NCBI GenBank assembly: GCA_951406725.2
Contig: OX597815.1
Coordinates: 126,666,001 to 126,730,000, forward strand
Length of the DNA stretch: 64,000 nucleotides
Direction of reading: 5' to 3'
From: Octopus vulgaris
Taxonomy: Eukaryota
A program made the translations under genes and the position numbers. Within the stretch, counting starts at the first letter, position 1. Every line of letters starts with the position of its first letter. Positions 37,860 through 51,373 of this stretch are shown piece by piece. The notes under the pieces are model-generated. The model worked only from the letters and a program-made list of their open reading frames with translations, was not told where the DNA came from and did no database searches.

Positions 37860-38785
37860 AGACACAGAGTTGTTGGAATCAGCTGCACTGCAGATGTCAA
37901 AATAAAGATCAGTGAAAAAGAGAATACCTACACTGAACTATTGAGGAATCTACAACTACTCTATCCAGATTACAAGTTCAAGTTTATATCTGTAATCATT
38001 GGAACATTGGGATATGTAACACACTGCCTAAATACCAATCTTGAGAAATTAGATTCCTCAAAACCAGAAAGGAGAAAGCTGATTCAAAGACTACAGATCA
38101 AAGCTATCACTGGAACTATAAAAATCTGTAAGACTTTTCAGAAGTTTATCATTTTAGTATATATGAACATATCTAGACATGCAACTATATGCATGAGAAT
38201 ACATACATAAAACAAAAGATACAAATCAACACATATACATGCATGCATACATACTTACATGCATGCATGCAGACATACATACATACATACATACATACAT
38301 ACATACATACCCTATTTATGTTGAAATTCCAATGAAGGAGCCTTGAATCTAGGTTAGAAACTAGCTCTTTCTCTATTAGCAATAAATCATCATCATCATT
38401 GTTGTTTAACATCTGCTTTCCATGCTGGCATGGGTTGGACGGTTTGTCTGAGGACTGGCAAGCCAGAAGGCTGCACCAGGCTCCAATCTGATCCGGCAAA
38501 GTTTCTACAACTGGATGCCCTTCCTAATGCCAACCACTCCGAGAGTGTAGTGGGTACTTTTATGTGCCACCGGTACAAGGTCCAGTTAGGTGGTTCTGGC
38601 AGTGACCACATTTGAATGGTGTTTTTTACGTGATACCTGCAAGGGAGCCAGTCCAGCGGCACTGGCAATGACCACGCTTGAATGTTGTTTTTTCCGTACC
38701 ACCGGCACATGTGCCAGTAAGGCGATGTTGACAGCGATCACACTCAAATGGTGTTCTTGAAATAAAACTGAATACTGACATACAC
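37860..38785 (+). mobile_element. 5'-truncated copy of the (CATA)n-associated R4-like LINE, interrupted by an RTE fragment
   Basis: VVGISCTADVKIKISEKENTY...IKICKTFQKF; the 3' end resumes at ~38755 (cttgaaataaaactgaata). Confidence 0.8.
38385..38755 (-). mobile_element. RTE 3'-end fragment nested in an R4-type element 3' UTR
   Basis: Shared RTE terminus. Similar short copies at ~2897-3042(-), 9440-9550(+), 14315-14465(-), 17590-17775(+), 30072-30235(+), 51738-51905(-) and 62775-62990(+). Confidence 0.8.
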
Positions 38786-39069
38786 ACACACACCTGTCAA
38801 GTGTAAACATGAAAAGCTGAATATTGCTTAGGATGGAGAAGAAAATGTAAGTACCATTAAAGAGGTCAACTGTCCTGCTGATATGAATATCTCTGAAAAT
38901 TAAAGGGAAGGAGGATAACTATGTACAACTGTTTCAAAACTTCCACCTTTCACATCCAGATTATAAGTGAATTCACATTTATACCAATTCTACTTGGAAT
39001 TGGTGCATTTGGTTTAGTGAGTAAATGTCTGACAATCTATCAGCCAATTGCATGCCAGAGCTTAATGTA

Positions 39070-41470
39070 TATGACATATACAGCATGTTTAAACCTCTTC
39101 CTCCAGGAAACCAATAACATCATCAGAGCAGGAGAAGCAGTTGGGAAGAAGGGAGTCTGGAGATGTGCTGAGTAATTGTTAATCAACAAACTTGTGATGT
39201 CTGAGGTGCGAGAGCATAGGAGAAACCTAGTTTCAATGTGGTTAGATTACAAGAAAGTCTCTGACTCTGTTCCCCACTCATGGATGTCAGAAGCCCTTCA
39301 GTTTGCTAAAGTTCCAGTGAGCATAGTCAAAGCCATAGTTGACTTGACTTCATCATGGGCCATTAAACACAAATTGTTTAATGGCCCATGATGTGTTGAA
39401 ATTAAACACAAAAAGTGACTGTATTATCACTGACAGAATACAGTATCAAAAAGGCATATTCCAAGGAGACAGCCCCTCAGTGATGTTGTTTATACTTTCT
39501 GTAAACCTTTTGTTATTCATGTTAAGGAGGTTTGAAGGATATTTCAGTGGTTTACAAAGAAACAGAAATACCAAAATTACACAGTTTTTTTGTGGATGAC
39601 TTAAAACTTTATGCAGAAAATATGCATGAGATGAAAAAGAGCCTTGACCTAGTTACAGCATTCTCAAAGGATGTAGGGTTGGAATTTGTCCAGGATAAAT
39701 GTTGTTATATGCTTGTGAAAAGCGGGAAAACTATAAACCAGAATAGTAACCTCTCCATCAATGATTTGACTGTTTCTCTATTTCTGACAAGGAGTGTTAC
39801 AGGTATCTAGTGGTGGATGAAAACATATCTTACAATGGCACCTGTAACAAAAAATTGTGTCACTAAAGAATATTACAATCAAATAAAGAAAATTTGAACC
39901 TCAGAACTCTCTGCATTCAATTAAACAGTGGCCTACAATGTGTTTGCAGTGCCAGTACTCATACCAACATTTGGGCTGCTTGATCGGATGCCTGATGAGA
40001 TCCAAGCCATTGATGTGAAAACCCTAAAAATACTAACAAGTACACATAATTCCCACATAAACAGTGACATAGATCACCTCCACCTAGAATGAAAACAAGA
40101 TGGCAGTTTTAACATTGATCCAAAATACCTTTGAATGTTGCATCATATCCCTTTGGCAACATCTTTTAACCACCAAGCGTTGAAGTGTATCCCTTGACCA
40201 AGTTTGCATACATGAGGCTGATAACATTATAAGACTTGGAAGGCAGGTCCTTGAGCATGTTCTTTGTCTGATAACCTAGAATACATGCCCAAAGAAGTCA
40301 CATAACTATACCGCAACATATCATCAGTTGAAAGGATGAGTCTATATGAGCAGAAGACTATGCATGGATATGTTAGAAGAAAGTTCTGAGGTAACATCGA
40401 TCATCAAAGCAGTTTATTATGGACAAATAGCCAGATTACTATCTCCCACTCTGAGGAGTATGCGTTTACAATCAGGAAATATTAACCAAGTACCTGATGC
40501 GCAAAATAGGATAGAGATGCAAGAAAAGTAGTAAAATGTGACAACCGATGCAGACTTTGTGGAGTTAACATTGAAGATATCACCCACATAATAAGCAGTT
40601 GTCTGAAAATATTATCATGATAATATCTATCGATGCAACATGATGTTGTAAATAGGACACTTTATAATGAAATCTGTTGGAAGGATAACCCCGAGGACAA
40701 AGAAATAAGAACCTGCAGTATGGTAGAAGCCATAGCCACTCATAATAAAAAGGAGTACTGGTGGAATGTCCCAGTGAAGACCTCAATAAAATGTAAGCAC
40801 AACAGATCTAATATAATGATTTGGGATAGAGAAGAGAAATTGTGCTCAGTTGTGGAAATTAGCTGCCCAGCAGATGTTAAAATAAAGCTGAAAATCAGTG
40901 AAAAGGAGAACACCTATGCTGAACTATTGAGAAATCTGCAATTACTCAATCCAGATTACAAGTTCAGGTTTATACCTGTAATTATTGGGACTCTGGAATA
41001 TGTAACACACTGCCTAAGTACCAATCTTGAGAAATTAGGCTTCTCAAAGCCAGAAAGGAAAAAGCTAACACAAAGACTACAGATCCAATCCATCACTGGA
41101 AGTGTAAAAATCTGTAAAACTTTCCAGAAGTTTATCATTGAAATATACATTTATGAGCATGTCTAAATATGCAACTATATGCATGAGAATACATACATAA
41201 AGTAAAACATACAAATCTGCACACATACATACATACATCCATCCGTCCGTCCGTCCGTCCGTCCGTCCGTCCATCCATCCATACATACATACATACATAC
41301 ATACATACATACATACATACATACATACATACATACATACATACATACATACATACATACATACATACATACATACATACATACAAACAAAAATACCCTG
41401 TTGCTGATGTTGAAATTCCAATAAAGGAGCCTTGAATCTAGGTTAGAAACCAGGTCTTTCTCTATTTGAA
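39070..41470 (+). mobile_element. R4-clade-like RLE LINE (RT + CCHC + restriction-like endonuclease), disrupted, (CATA)n-associated
   Basis: WLDYKKVSDSVPHSW, GIFQGDS, FFVDDLKLY, CRLC...HIISSC, HDVV, KHNRSNIMIWD...VEISCP, VKICKTFQKF; 3' UTR contains (CATA)n. Confidence 0.85.
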
Positions 41471-42188
41471 ATATAACTGAAAAATTACATATATCTAATA
41501 TAATAAATGTGAATGTCAGTGTGTCACACTTTTCCCAGCATTTTCTCTCTGAGAATAACTTCATTCACTTTCACTATCATTCTCTATCCACTCCTTTCGT
41601 TCACTCAATCTATGTCTCTAAATATCTTTCTCTCTTCTCCTTCCCTCCCCTATGTCTTCTTGCCCTTAACCTTTTTCTTGCATTTAACGCAGTATATTTC
41701 TCTTACTACTCAGCACTATCAATGCCCCCCCCCTCTCTCTCTATCTCTCGCATTCTCTCACTCCCTCTTACTCTCTATTCTTTGCTGCTTTGCCACTTCA
41801 GCTATACTTCTTCTGCTTAATAAGTTTCATTTCACTCTTTTTACCTCTCCCTTTCAACTAAGTGTGACACACACACCACAGGTATGTATGTACATAACTA
41901 CATAGGTATTAGCATATTAAGATAACTATTTATATAACTTGGAAATAAATTTCGAAATAATCGAAATAAATTACGAAATCCAGCATGAGTCACTCATGAA
42001 ATAGAAATATTTATTTGCACAAAAAGTAAGGAGCTACGTACATCAAATTGTTTTTATATTAAAAGTCGGCTGAAGAATTATTGTTGAACTTTTAAAAGGC
42101 AGCTTAAATATTAATGTAATACTTAAATGCAGCAATCACTTTTCAGTTCTTCTGTAGTTTATTGTTGCCTAATGCATATGGCAGCAGT

Positions 42189-42467
42189 ATGCCTCGTAAA
42201 AATAAATCTCCACCAACAGAAGATCAGATTGCAATCAAAAGAGCTAAGGCTGCAGCAAGGAAAAGAAAGTCCTGCACAAATGAAAACCCAGATCAAACGG
42301 CAGCCATTGGTACAAATATGCAAATACTTAGGGACTCACAAACCCCTGAACATGATGCATCTGGGAGAACATCAAATGCTCTTATCAAGAGGAGTGAAAG
42401 GGCATTAGAAACACCTGAACAAGTTGAGCCTAGGAGAGCTTCCAATGTTGTACAGGAGCTAGCTTAA
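42189..42467 (+). pseudogene. STPR-repeat-like remnant, probably Helitron-derived
   Basis: MPRKNK...KRKSCTNENPDQ...RDSQTPEH...RALETPEQVEPR resembles the ~23-aa R(A)xETPEQ repeats of STPR domains and Helitron N-termini. Confidence 0.45.
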
Positions 42468-43182
42468 AATCTACCTGTTAGGGCAACTTTTAAGGTAGTA
42501 CATATATACATCTAAATTTAAAAAGTGAATGGTTGTGTAGATGATTATGATAAGAACAATATTCACTTATTTTGAAAAAAAAAATTCTTTACAAACTTGT
42601 CATCAAGAAGGTGACTCATTAAAATAAACTCTAAGACTTCAGCAAGTAAGTGAAAAAGTCCATGCCTATGTATATACACACAATCATACTTATATGTTCA
42701 GATATAAAATACATAAGAATCGTACTTAGAAAAAAATACATTGTATACTTTAGGCATACAAAATGATAAACAGACAAAGATACATGGTAAATGAATGGGA
42801 AACAAATTATTCCTGTTGAAGTATCAAATGTCACCAGCATCTCACTGATGAGTAAATAATACATGTTGTAAACAGCTGCACAGGAAAATATCCACAAAAC
42901 ATTACTTTCCAATGAAGAATGATTTTATCAAAAATATGTAATGCAATGAAAAATGAAGACATTAGTGTGTGTATATATATGTCTCTATGAAAACAAATGT
43001 TGATGTTATATAAACTCTCGGAAAACAACACTATAACTATGTTAGTTATTCTGTAGCAAAGGACAGAAAAAAAGCTGGCTCTGGCTATCTGCCCCCCCCC
43101 ACCACCACTCATCACTCTCAAAACAATGCATTCATAACTAACTATAATTCTTACCAAACTTTTCCTACTCTCTCTCTCTCTT

Positions 43183-43222
<40 letters not shown>

Positions 43223-44732
43223 CCTTTCCTTACAGTAATCACTCCTAATCTTCAGAAACATGTTACAGTGTGTCACATCTCCAAGAGACCTTTCTGCTTG
43301 AATCAGTCAGCAATCTTTTGCTCTCGTTTCTAACATACCACTAGAGATGGAATTAGTTTTTAACTATCTTCTCCAAATCCCTGTGTCCCTCTTCTTTCTC
43401 AACAACTGCCAGTTTAGCTTCTATAGAAGAAAATTTACTAGAGACATGATCTCTTGCATCATTTACCAGTAAAATTCTTTGCAAATACAATGCTGTTACA
43501 CTTGACATCAGCAATGTATTTGATTGACCACGGAGAACATGAAAATATCTTGGCTAAACTCTCTGCCAGTTGCTCTCTCTCATTCTAGTTGCTTGTGTCT
43601 GATCCTTCTTGTCAGATTGTATCATTATATCATGAAAATGACGCTCTTCCTTGACCACACTCTATCAACTCTACTGTTACCCAGGGCTCAGTAATCAGAC
43701 ACATTTTTCACCACAAATATCTAAAACCTGCTTACTATCATTTACAATAATCCTTTTTGCTAGAGGCACAAGGCCTGAAAATTTTGGGGAGGGGTTAGTT
43801 GATAACATCATCCCCAGTAGTTAAGTGGTACTTATTTTAATTCTATCATCTAAAGAATGGAACGCAAAGTTGATCTTGGCAGAATTTGAACTTAGACTGT
43901 AAAGCCATAAGAAATGCTACTAAGTATTTGTCTAATGTACTAATAATTCTGTCACTTCACCACCTTACTGTCATTTATAACAATGCTCACTCCTTGGTAT
44001 ATAATCCCACTTATCACTACTATAAAAACCTTCCCTACACAGGTGTCACCCACATCCAACACTTCTACTAATCTAAAACCTGTACTGCCTCCTTGAACAG
44101 ATTCCTCAAAAACTTTCTACAATGGAGCCATACAAGTCTTTACTCTTTTGACAGCTCAAAGATGCTGTCATTTCACATAATGTAAAACAATATTCTATCT
44201 CATTCTTTCTAACAATGAACAACATACGTACATATAATACCTTTAAAATCAATAAAAATACCAGGCCCCACAATTACCTATGATCACTCTGAGTGATTTC
44301 ATAAATATAAAAATAAAGGTGTGACCCAAAGACTAGTTTTCCTCATTAGAGCTAGAAAATACTTCAGCCTCAAACATCTGATGCTCTAGAAAACTCAAAG
44401 TGAAAACCACATCTAGGTTGATGCTGCTGCTATGCATAAAAATATTCTGGATCAGACACACAAAAGGAAGTCATCAGACTGAATAACATGAAATCACTCA
44501 CCAACACACTGCCACGCAAGCCCATAGAATGTCAGTTCACTTTCCCTCATCCATGGTGGAAGTGGAGAAGTTTCTGGTTACCACAACTAGTTAGTTGTAT
44601 ATCACCTCTCACTAATCACATTCAATGCACCTGTGTATCCTAGTCTCTTGCTTTGTAGATGCTACACAAAACTTTTTCTCTTGAAACTGAAATTACTTTA
44701 TCAGACCAGAGTAACTTTTAGAGGTTTTCACT

Positions 44733-44966
44733 AAGGCGGTGAACTGGCAGAAATGTTAGTATGCCGGGCAAAATGCTTAGTGGTGTTTCATTTGCCGTTA
44801 CGTTCTGAGTTCAAAATCCGCCAAGGTCGACTTTGCCTTTCGTCCTTTCGGGGTCGATAAATTAAGTACCATTTATGCACTGGGGTCGATGTAATCAACT
44901 TAATCCGTTTGTCTGTCCTTGTTTGTCCTCTCTGTGTTTAGCTCCTCGTAGGCAATAAAGAAATAG
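44733..44966 (+). mobile_element. tRNA-derived SINE, family 2 (core gtcgactttgcctttcgtcctttcggggtcgataaattaagtacc)
   Basis: B-box-like gagttcaaaatcc; the central domain resembles the Meta/MESC-type SINE core (from memory). Minus-strand relatives at ~8400-8590, 18010-18220, 23640-23785, 30240-30455, 43755-43965 and 60540-60750. Confidence 0.75.
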
Positions 44967-45277
44967 GTATTCACTAACGGAACTTTGAACAAATCATCAA
45001 CTGCAGCAATTGTTCCAGACAAAGAGGGCCAGAAAAGGTGAAAGACACTGCATCTCTTTCCTCTCCAACTAACTAATACAAAAATAAGTTGACCTATGTT
45101 GACATAACCTCATCTCCTCCAAAATATATTCATTACACAAATCAACAAAACTTTCAATACTTTTCATTGCAGCCAGACTTCTAAAACTTTTATAAAACTA
45201 TCTTCACTCCACTTAGGAACAGCTCATAGCTGTTTATAAACTTTAAAAATGCTAGGCTTAAACAATTCTTATAATAA

Positions 45278-45598
45278 TACAGTTCTATATTTAAGAGATG
45301 AGGAATTACGTACATGATTTACATTATTTACATTTGATGGATATTTGCCCATGGGCATATGGTGTAGTGGTTAAGAGCGCGGGCTACTAATCCCAAGATT
45401 CTAAGTTCAATTCCAAGCAGTGACCTGAATGATAATAATAATAATAACATCGAAAAATACCTTAGGAATGAGAACCCAGGTTCGAAATTTCCCCATGACA
45501 CCTGATGAAAGCTGGAGAGTATATCAGCCCAGACGTTGTGTTAACAACAAACAAGATGAGGTCAAATATCCGTCAAATGTAAATAATGTAAATAATTT
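45278..45598 (+). mobile_element. tRNA-headed SINE-like element with degenerate hammerhead and inverted terminal duplication
   Basis: A box TGGTGTAGTGG (45360-45370), B box GTTCAATTCC (45405-45414), then (AAT)n, then CAC-CTGATGA-aaGCTG...CAGCc-caga-CGTT-GTG (45499-45540). 31-bp inverted repeat at 45317-45347 vs 45563-45593 with 1 mismatch. Confidence 0.65.
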
Positions 45599-48169
45599 CT
45601 GATGATCTCTCTTAACAGCCACAATCTATAGCATAATCCAAATGTATATCTAAAAGGTTAGGTCCTTTTTTTAGAACCATAGACTACTTCTCTGTTCTGA
45701 CCAATACAAGTCATAAGTAAGCTCAACTTTAGATAACTGCTCACATATTTGAGACAAAGTAACTCTTAGACTTCGTAGACTGTACCCTAATCCAAAAACC
45801 ATCCAAATTTCATTCAATTACACATTTCAACCAATTGTACTACAGTACATAAAATCTTTCTCCAGTATCTTATACCATAGTGATGTTTGCTTTTCTGAAC
45901 AAGTAAGTGGTACACTGACCATGCTGATTCATCTGCTTCTGTCCCTCTCATCCTCATTACTATGTTTCATCTCTCCAAATCCAAACCGAGATACATATTC
46001 ATAATATTTTTATATAATATAATACAATGCCACCATCTGCAAGTCTTTTCTTACACAAATCACATCTGCAGTTATCAGCTTGAATTTCTTCAAGCTGAAC
46101 ATTAATCATATGACCTCACTAGTATCAGAAGGCCTTAAAGGCCATGAGTACTGTTGCCTATATAGAAAAAGAACAATAGTCATTGTATCTTTGAACATTG
46201 AAGCTTTGTACCATACCTGGCTAAAGGCATTCTTGATATGCTTTCCTTTCAATATGTTATTCCTCTTTTTCTCAATCAACCCTACTTGCTCAAATTCTAT
46301 ATAAATTCTCAGTCCTACCTATTGGGAGTAGCAACCTTACTGAAATTCAAATTAAACAACTACACAAACTTCACAAGTTGCTTTTTCTGATGACCTGGTA
46401 GCAGTGCTAGGAGTAGCACTAGTAGGCAGGCTTGTAGTGGTGGTGGGAGCTATGTATAATGTAGTGGTTACAGTGTGCTGGTAGGTGTAGTATTCAGGAT
46501 GAAGAAGAAAAGTGTAACAGAGGTGATGGAATGTTTGATGAAACTGCTCTACAGCTGTATCATTCACTCCATTTAAATATTGGTAATAGCCAGCCTCTGT
46601 GAGAACATTCATCTGTTCTATGCATTATTAACTTTGATGACAAAAATGAGGCCTCATATCATATGTATGTTATATTTTAGTCAGTCAACCAGTATAGAAG
46701 ATGCATTACATTATTTTAACTGTTAATCCACTTTTTGTTTATTTTGTCCAAATGAATAATTCTTTTGATTGATGGCCCTAACTTGGTTGAATTCCAATAA
46801 TTTGAATTCTAACAATTTGTATTTCAGCACTGTGACTTTTTCATAACACTGTGATTCTAAAACACAATATTTTGACCTTCCAAAACTTCATGAACATGTA
46901 GCAGCGTTCATTCTGTTACTGGAACTTCCCTCATTGCCATATTTACATTTTAGGTTCTTCTTATATAAAGGCCTCTCACAATATTTCACTTTTGCAAGGC
47001 ATTTTTTTTATTAGGCTGCATTTTCTATCCTGGCAAAGGTGTGTGGCCTAGTTGTTAGTGTGCTACACCTATGATTGCATGGCCATGGTTTCAATTTCCA
47101 AGCAAGGCAGTGCATTGAGTTTTTGAGCAAAGCACTTCATTTCACATTGCTCCAGTCCACTCAGCTGTAAATAAGTAACCCTGTGAGGGACTAGCATCTT
47201 GTACAGGAGGAATGTTGTGATCTCAGACACTGGGTAACTGTAACTTATGAGTCCTAGCACTCAATACAGTATTGTCAAGTGGTTGATAATGATTTTTCAT
47301 TCAACAACCAGAACACTTTTTATCACTGCAAAACCTACAATAAGTACTCATTGATTGCTATTATTTTCATAAACAACAATCTAGTGTAGTGAATACCTCA
47401 TGTTAGTATATTTTTTATATATTGGTGATGTGATTAAAATCTACATATTTACTGCTTGATTTTGTTGATAGCCAGGTCTACTCTCAGATCAATTGTCATC
47501 AATAATACAGTAAATCATCCCTTTTCTAGAATAATCATTGGCCTGCCTACTTTGTCAACAGCAGCAGCAGTGGCAGTTTCCATGGTAACAGCAAGAAGCA
47601 GCAGTCATTTGACTCCAATATATTGCTGAAATTAAAATTCTTTGTTGGCCTGGTGCAACACTTGAACTCAGAACTAAATATATATTAGTGCAGCATAATA
47701 CTTATATCAGTGCATAATCTCAACACATAATTCTGCTACTTCATATATGCATGCTCATGTTCACTCACATACATAAACACCAGAATAAATTGTAAGTTAT
47801 GAGACAAATGAACAGTTCTAAATAGAAATCACAAAACATATTGGCTTATTCATATTCATGCACATAAATAAACAAATATAAACAACACACACACACACAT
47901 GTGAATTTGTGTCTTGTAAAAGACATATATTTCTGTTTCATTTTATATTAATAATAGTTTGAATATATTAAAGAGATCATTAATGAGTATAAAAAGATAA
48001 TTTTGTCATCTATGTTGGAAAATAGGAAAAAGAAAGCAAATTGTTAATAGAAATAAATCATATGTGGTGGTGGGGGGGAAATCGGGAATGTTTGTCTGCA
48101 ATCAAATGTTCTTTGAAGTCACAGTTTGATCTCTAAAACAATCATGACAACCAAATAGTGTTCTTAGTC

Positions 48170-48487
48170 ATCCTGGCTCTCCGTCGGTTATGGCAACGAG
48201 TGTTCCAGTTGACATGATCAACAGAGCAACCTGCTCATAAAATGAATGTGCAAGCGGGTGAGCACTCCACAAACACATGTACCTTTAATGTAATTCTCAG
48301 GGAGATTCAGTGTGACACAGAATGTGACAAGGCTGGCCTTTTGAAATACAGGTACAACTCATTTTTGCCAGCTGAGTGGATTGAAGCAACGGGAAATAAA
48401 ATGTCTTGTTCAAGGACACAACCTGCTGCCAGGAATCAAGCTCATGTTATTACAATCATGAGCTAAGTACATAAGCCACTAAGCCAA
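48170..48487 (-). mobile_element. tRNA-derived SINE, family 3
   Basis: Contains ...cagctgagtggattgaagcaac..gaaataaaatgtcttgttcaaggacacaac. Relatives at ~22240-22537(-), 47035-47265(+) and 62280-62390(+). Confidence 0.7.
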
Positions 48488-48644
48488 AAAGTCATCTGGG
48501 AGTTGTATGACCTGTTGAGTCAATAAAATGTAGGCATTATGGAAGTATTGCATTCACAAAATCATGCTGTAATGTGGAGTTCTGTTATTCATTGACCAGA
48601 AAACACAAGTGCTTTAACACATAAACATTACACATATACATATA

Positions 48645-49002
48645 GGTGCAGGAGTGGCTGTGTGGTAAGTAGCTTGCTTACTGACCACATGGTTCCGGGT
48701 TCAGTCCCAATGCATGGCATCTTCGGCAAGTGTCTTCTACTGTAGCCTCGGGCTGACCAAAGCCTTGTGAGTGGATTTGGTAGACAGAAACATATGCATA
48801 TGTGTGTGTGTGTATGTTTGTATGTCTGTGTTTGTGTCCCCCCCCCCATCGCTTGACAACCGATGCTGGTGTGTTTACATCCCTGTAACTTAGTGGTTCA
48901 GCAAAAGAGACTGATAGAATAAGTACTAGGTTTACAAAGAATAAGTCCTGGGGTCAGTTTGTTCGACTAAAGGCAGTACTCCAGCATGGCCTCAGTCAAA
49001 TG
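48645..49002 (+). mobile_element. tRNA-derived SINE, family 1 (internal (TG)n)
   Basis: A box tggctgtgtgg, B box ggttcagtccc. Related copies or fragments at ~8700-8870, 9905-10260, 10405-10670(-), 11100-11310(-), 13005-13150(-), 18270-18700, 19020-19260(-), 21005-21400(-), 25310-25500, 29725-30070(-), 49010-49170(-), 51175-51400, 53877-54035 and 63290-63510(-). Confidence 0.8.
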
Positions 49003-49473
49003 TACATGATAAACTTTCAGTTTCTGTCAACCAAATCTACCTATAAAGCTTTGATTGGCCTAAGACTGTTGTAGAAGATACTTGCCCAAAGGGTTGCACA
49101 GTGAGACTGAACCCAAAACCACCTGCATGGGAAGGGAAGCAAACCTCTTAATCACATAGCCATGCTTGTACCTATCTAAAGGTTTTGCTTACAGTACCAC
49201 TGAAGTACCAACTAGACTGGACATTGCTTAACCTCAATGATCAGCCAAGATTTGATGTTTTCAATGTGATATGGTCATAACACAAAACACTTTTGTCATG
49301 GCTTCCATGTAACAATGATTTCATGTAACAAAATTCCATGATTCCTGTACCTGATAAACCTGATATCATGTCACTGGTTCATATTCTAAATCTTATGTGT
49401 TTAATATTCTGGAACGTTTTATGCCATCGAATATGATATATAAATTCATTCATACATACACACACATATACAT

Positions 49474-49706
49474 AAAACTTTTCAGAAGTTTATCATTTAA
49501 GTACATATGAGCATGTCTAGATATGCAAGTATATGCAAGAGAAGACATACAGAAAACAAAACACACAGATCTTCACATATACATCCATACATACAAAAAT
49601 ACCCTGTTGTTGATGTATAAATTTCAATGAAGGAACCTTGAGTTGAGTTAGAATCCGGCTCTTTCTCTATTGGCAAGAAATCTTGAAATAAAACTGAATA
49701 ATGACA
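49474..49706 (+). mobile_element. 3' end of the (CATA)n-associated R4-like LINE
   Basis: Matches 41118-41470 and ends aaaactgaataatga, followed by (CATA)n. Confidence 0.75.
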
Positions 49707-49734
49707 TACATACATACATACATACATACATAAG

Positions 49735-50070
49735 ACACCAGTTGTTATGTCCTATTATTATTTATATTGTATTTGTATTTGTATAACATTGTCCGTTTTT
49801 TCTGTCCTTGTTTTTGTATACATTCACTGCTTTCTTCCAAGGAATCTAATGCTCTTAGCTTAATTTTTCCTTGGGGGTGGCCAGGTTGGAGCAATCTCAA
49901 GTATAATCAGCCAAAATTGCGAGGAAAATCTAGTGCTTGACTGAGGAAAGAAAACTTCGAATGACCCATCCTTGTTTCCTTGTATCATCTATCTGGATGT
50001 TTTGTTGTCCCATTTTTGTATCACCTAGCTGTCCAGATGTCTTGCGTTCTTGTCCCATTTTGGATTTTTT
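49735..50070. mobile_element. Unclassified short element inserted in (CATA)n
   Basis: Non-coding segment with internal short direct repeats (gtccttgttt.., ttgtcccatttt), bounded by (CATA)n on both sides. Confidence 0.4.
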
Positions 50071-50085
50071 ATATACATACATACA

Positions 50086-50117
<32 letters not shown>

Positions 50118-50359
50118 AACATTCATACAGACAGACAGACAAACAAATAGACAGCTTGGTAGATATAAATATTGATAGACAGATATGGATAGGTATTTTG
50201 TGATTCTGCTTCGACATAGCGATACTAATAACCAGTTGTTAGAACTCAATAAACTTATATTTTACAGTATACCATCAGATGAGTAGAGAGCGTAATATCA
50301 GTTAATAAACGATACAAACACCAGTTTCCTAATCACTTTAATTTGAACTTCATCTAAAT

Positions 50360-50440
50360 GACTTCAAGAAAGCTATTGGGAGTCACAAGAGCACTCAGTT
50401 TGTGAGTGCGTGCATACTTATAGCAGAAACAGCTGTAAGC
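50360..50440 (+). ncRNA. Decayed hammerhead-like motif
   Basis: The 3' half GAAACAGCUGUAAG (50426-50439) is identical to 6865-6878. Stem II GCUAU/AUAGC encloses a GCACUCA/UGAGUGC hairpin. The CUGANGA box is mutated (UUCAAGA). Confidence 0.35.
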
Positions 50441-51321
50441 CAATGAAAGTGATTATGTAACTTTTATTCTTGCGTCATTCATTAATCAAGATAGATAAAT
50501 AGACAGACAGACAGACAGACAGACAGATAGATAGATAGCTAGATTGATAGATAGATAGACAGGTAGACAGATGGATAGATATGCACATATAGGTATGCAT
50601 GCATTATATGTTAGTAAGTATGTGTAAGTGCATGTGTGCATGCATTTGTGTATGTGTGTGCATGTATGTGTGTGTGCATGTGTGTGTGTTTGTGCATGTG
50701 TGTGTGTGCACATACAATGTGCATACACTGAATGAGTTTCTTGTATCATACATATTCTAGTGACAAGATGAAACCATTAAATTGTCGAAAACATTCCCCT
50801 GTAGCCATTTCAAAAGACTGTCTTCTCTGTTGCTTCATTAAATAAGATATGTTTTTAAATTTAGTCCAAGTTGACATTTCCAGTCTTAATAAAGAATGAT
50901 TTAACATAACAGCAACAGTAGTGGTGATATAGTAATGATATTAATTCAAAGTTAACCAAGCATCATGATAACATTATCTTCAACATCATTTTCAATAATG
51001 ATGTTCATTGTAGGAAAAGATGTTATCTGTTTATAAATGTTGGAAAAACTGCAGAAATCATCAAGTTATCATTTAGAGTCACACATGTTCCCTAATCTTT
51101 ATGATGAGATTTGTAACCAAAGGACATTTCATTTGTGATTATCCTACCTTTTTAAAAATATGTTTAAGTACAGTTATGGCTGTGTGATTGAGAAGCTTGA
51201 CTTCTCATGGTTTATGGTTTAATTCTAGCATGTGGCACCTTGGGCAAGTGTTTTCTGCTATAGCCCTGGGTTTACCAAAGCCTAGTGAATGGACTTGGTT
51301 GGCAGAAACTGAAAGAAGCTC

Positions 51322-51373
<52 letters not shown>

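Noticed and set aside
37245-37915. Long ORFs such as [16 protein letters not shown] and poly-R/L/I here and elsewhere
   Set aside because: Translations of microsatellites that happen to lack stop codons; not genes.
39990-40030. CTGATGA...GAAA hammerhead-like boxes
   Set aside because: Inside R4 LINE coding sequence; stems I and III do not pair.
44497-44540. Minus-strand MGLRG plus a gtgagt donor, resembling the S2-S3 linker exon
   Set aside because: No surrounding WSAGC or RLRFARKP motif.
45353-45426. Possible tRNA gene
   Set aside because: Acceptor and anticodon stems pair poorly and it is embedded in a repeat; treated as a SINE head.
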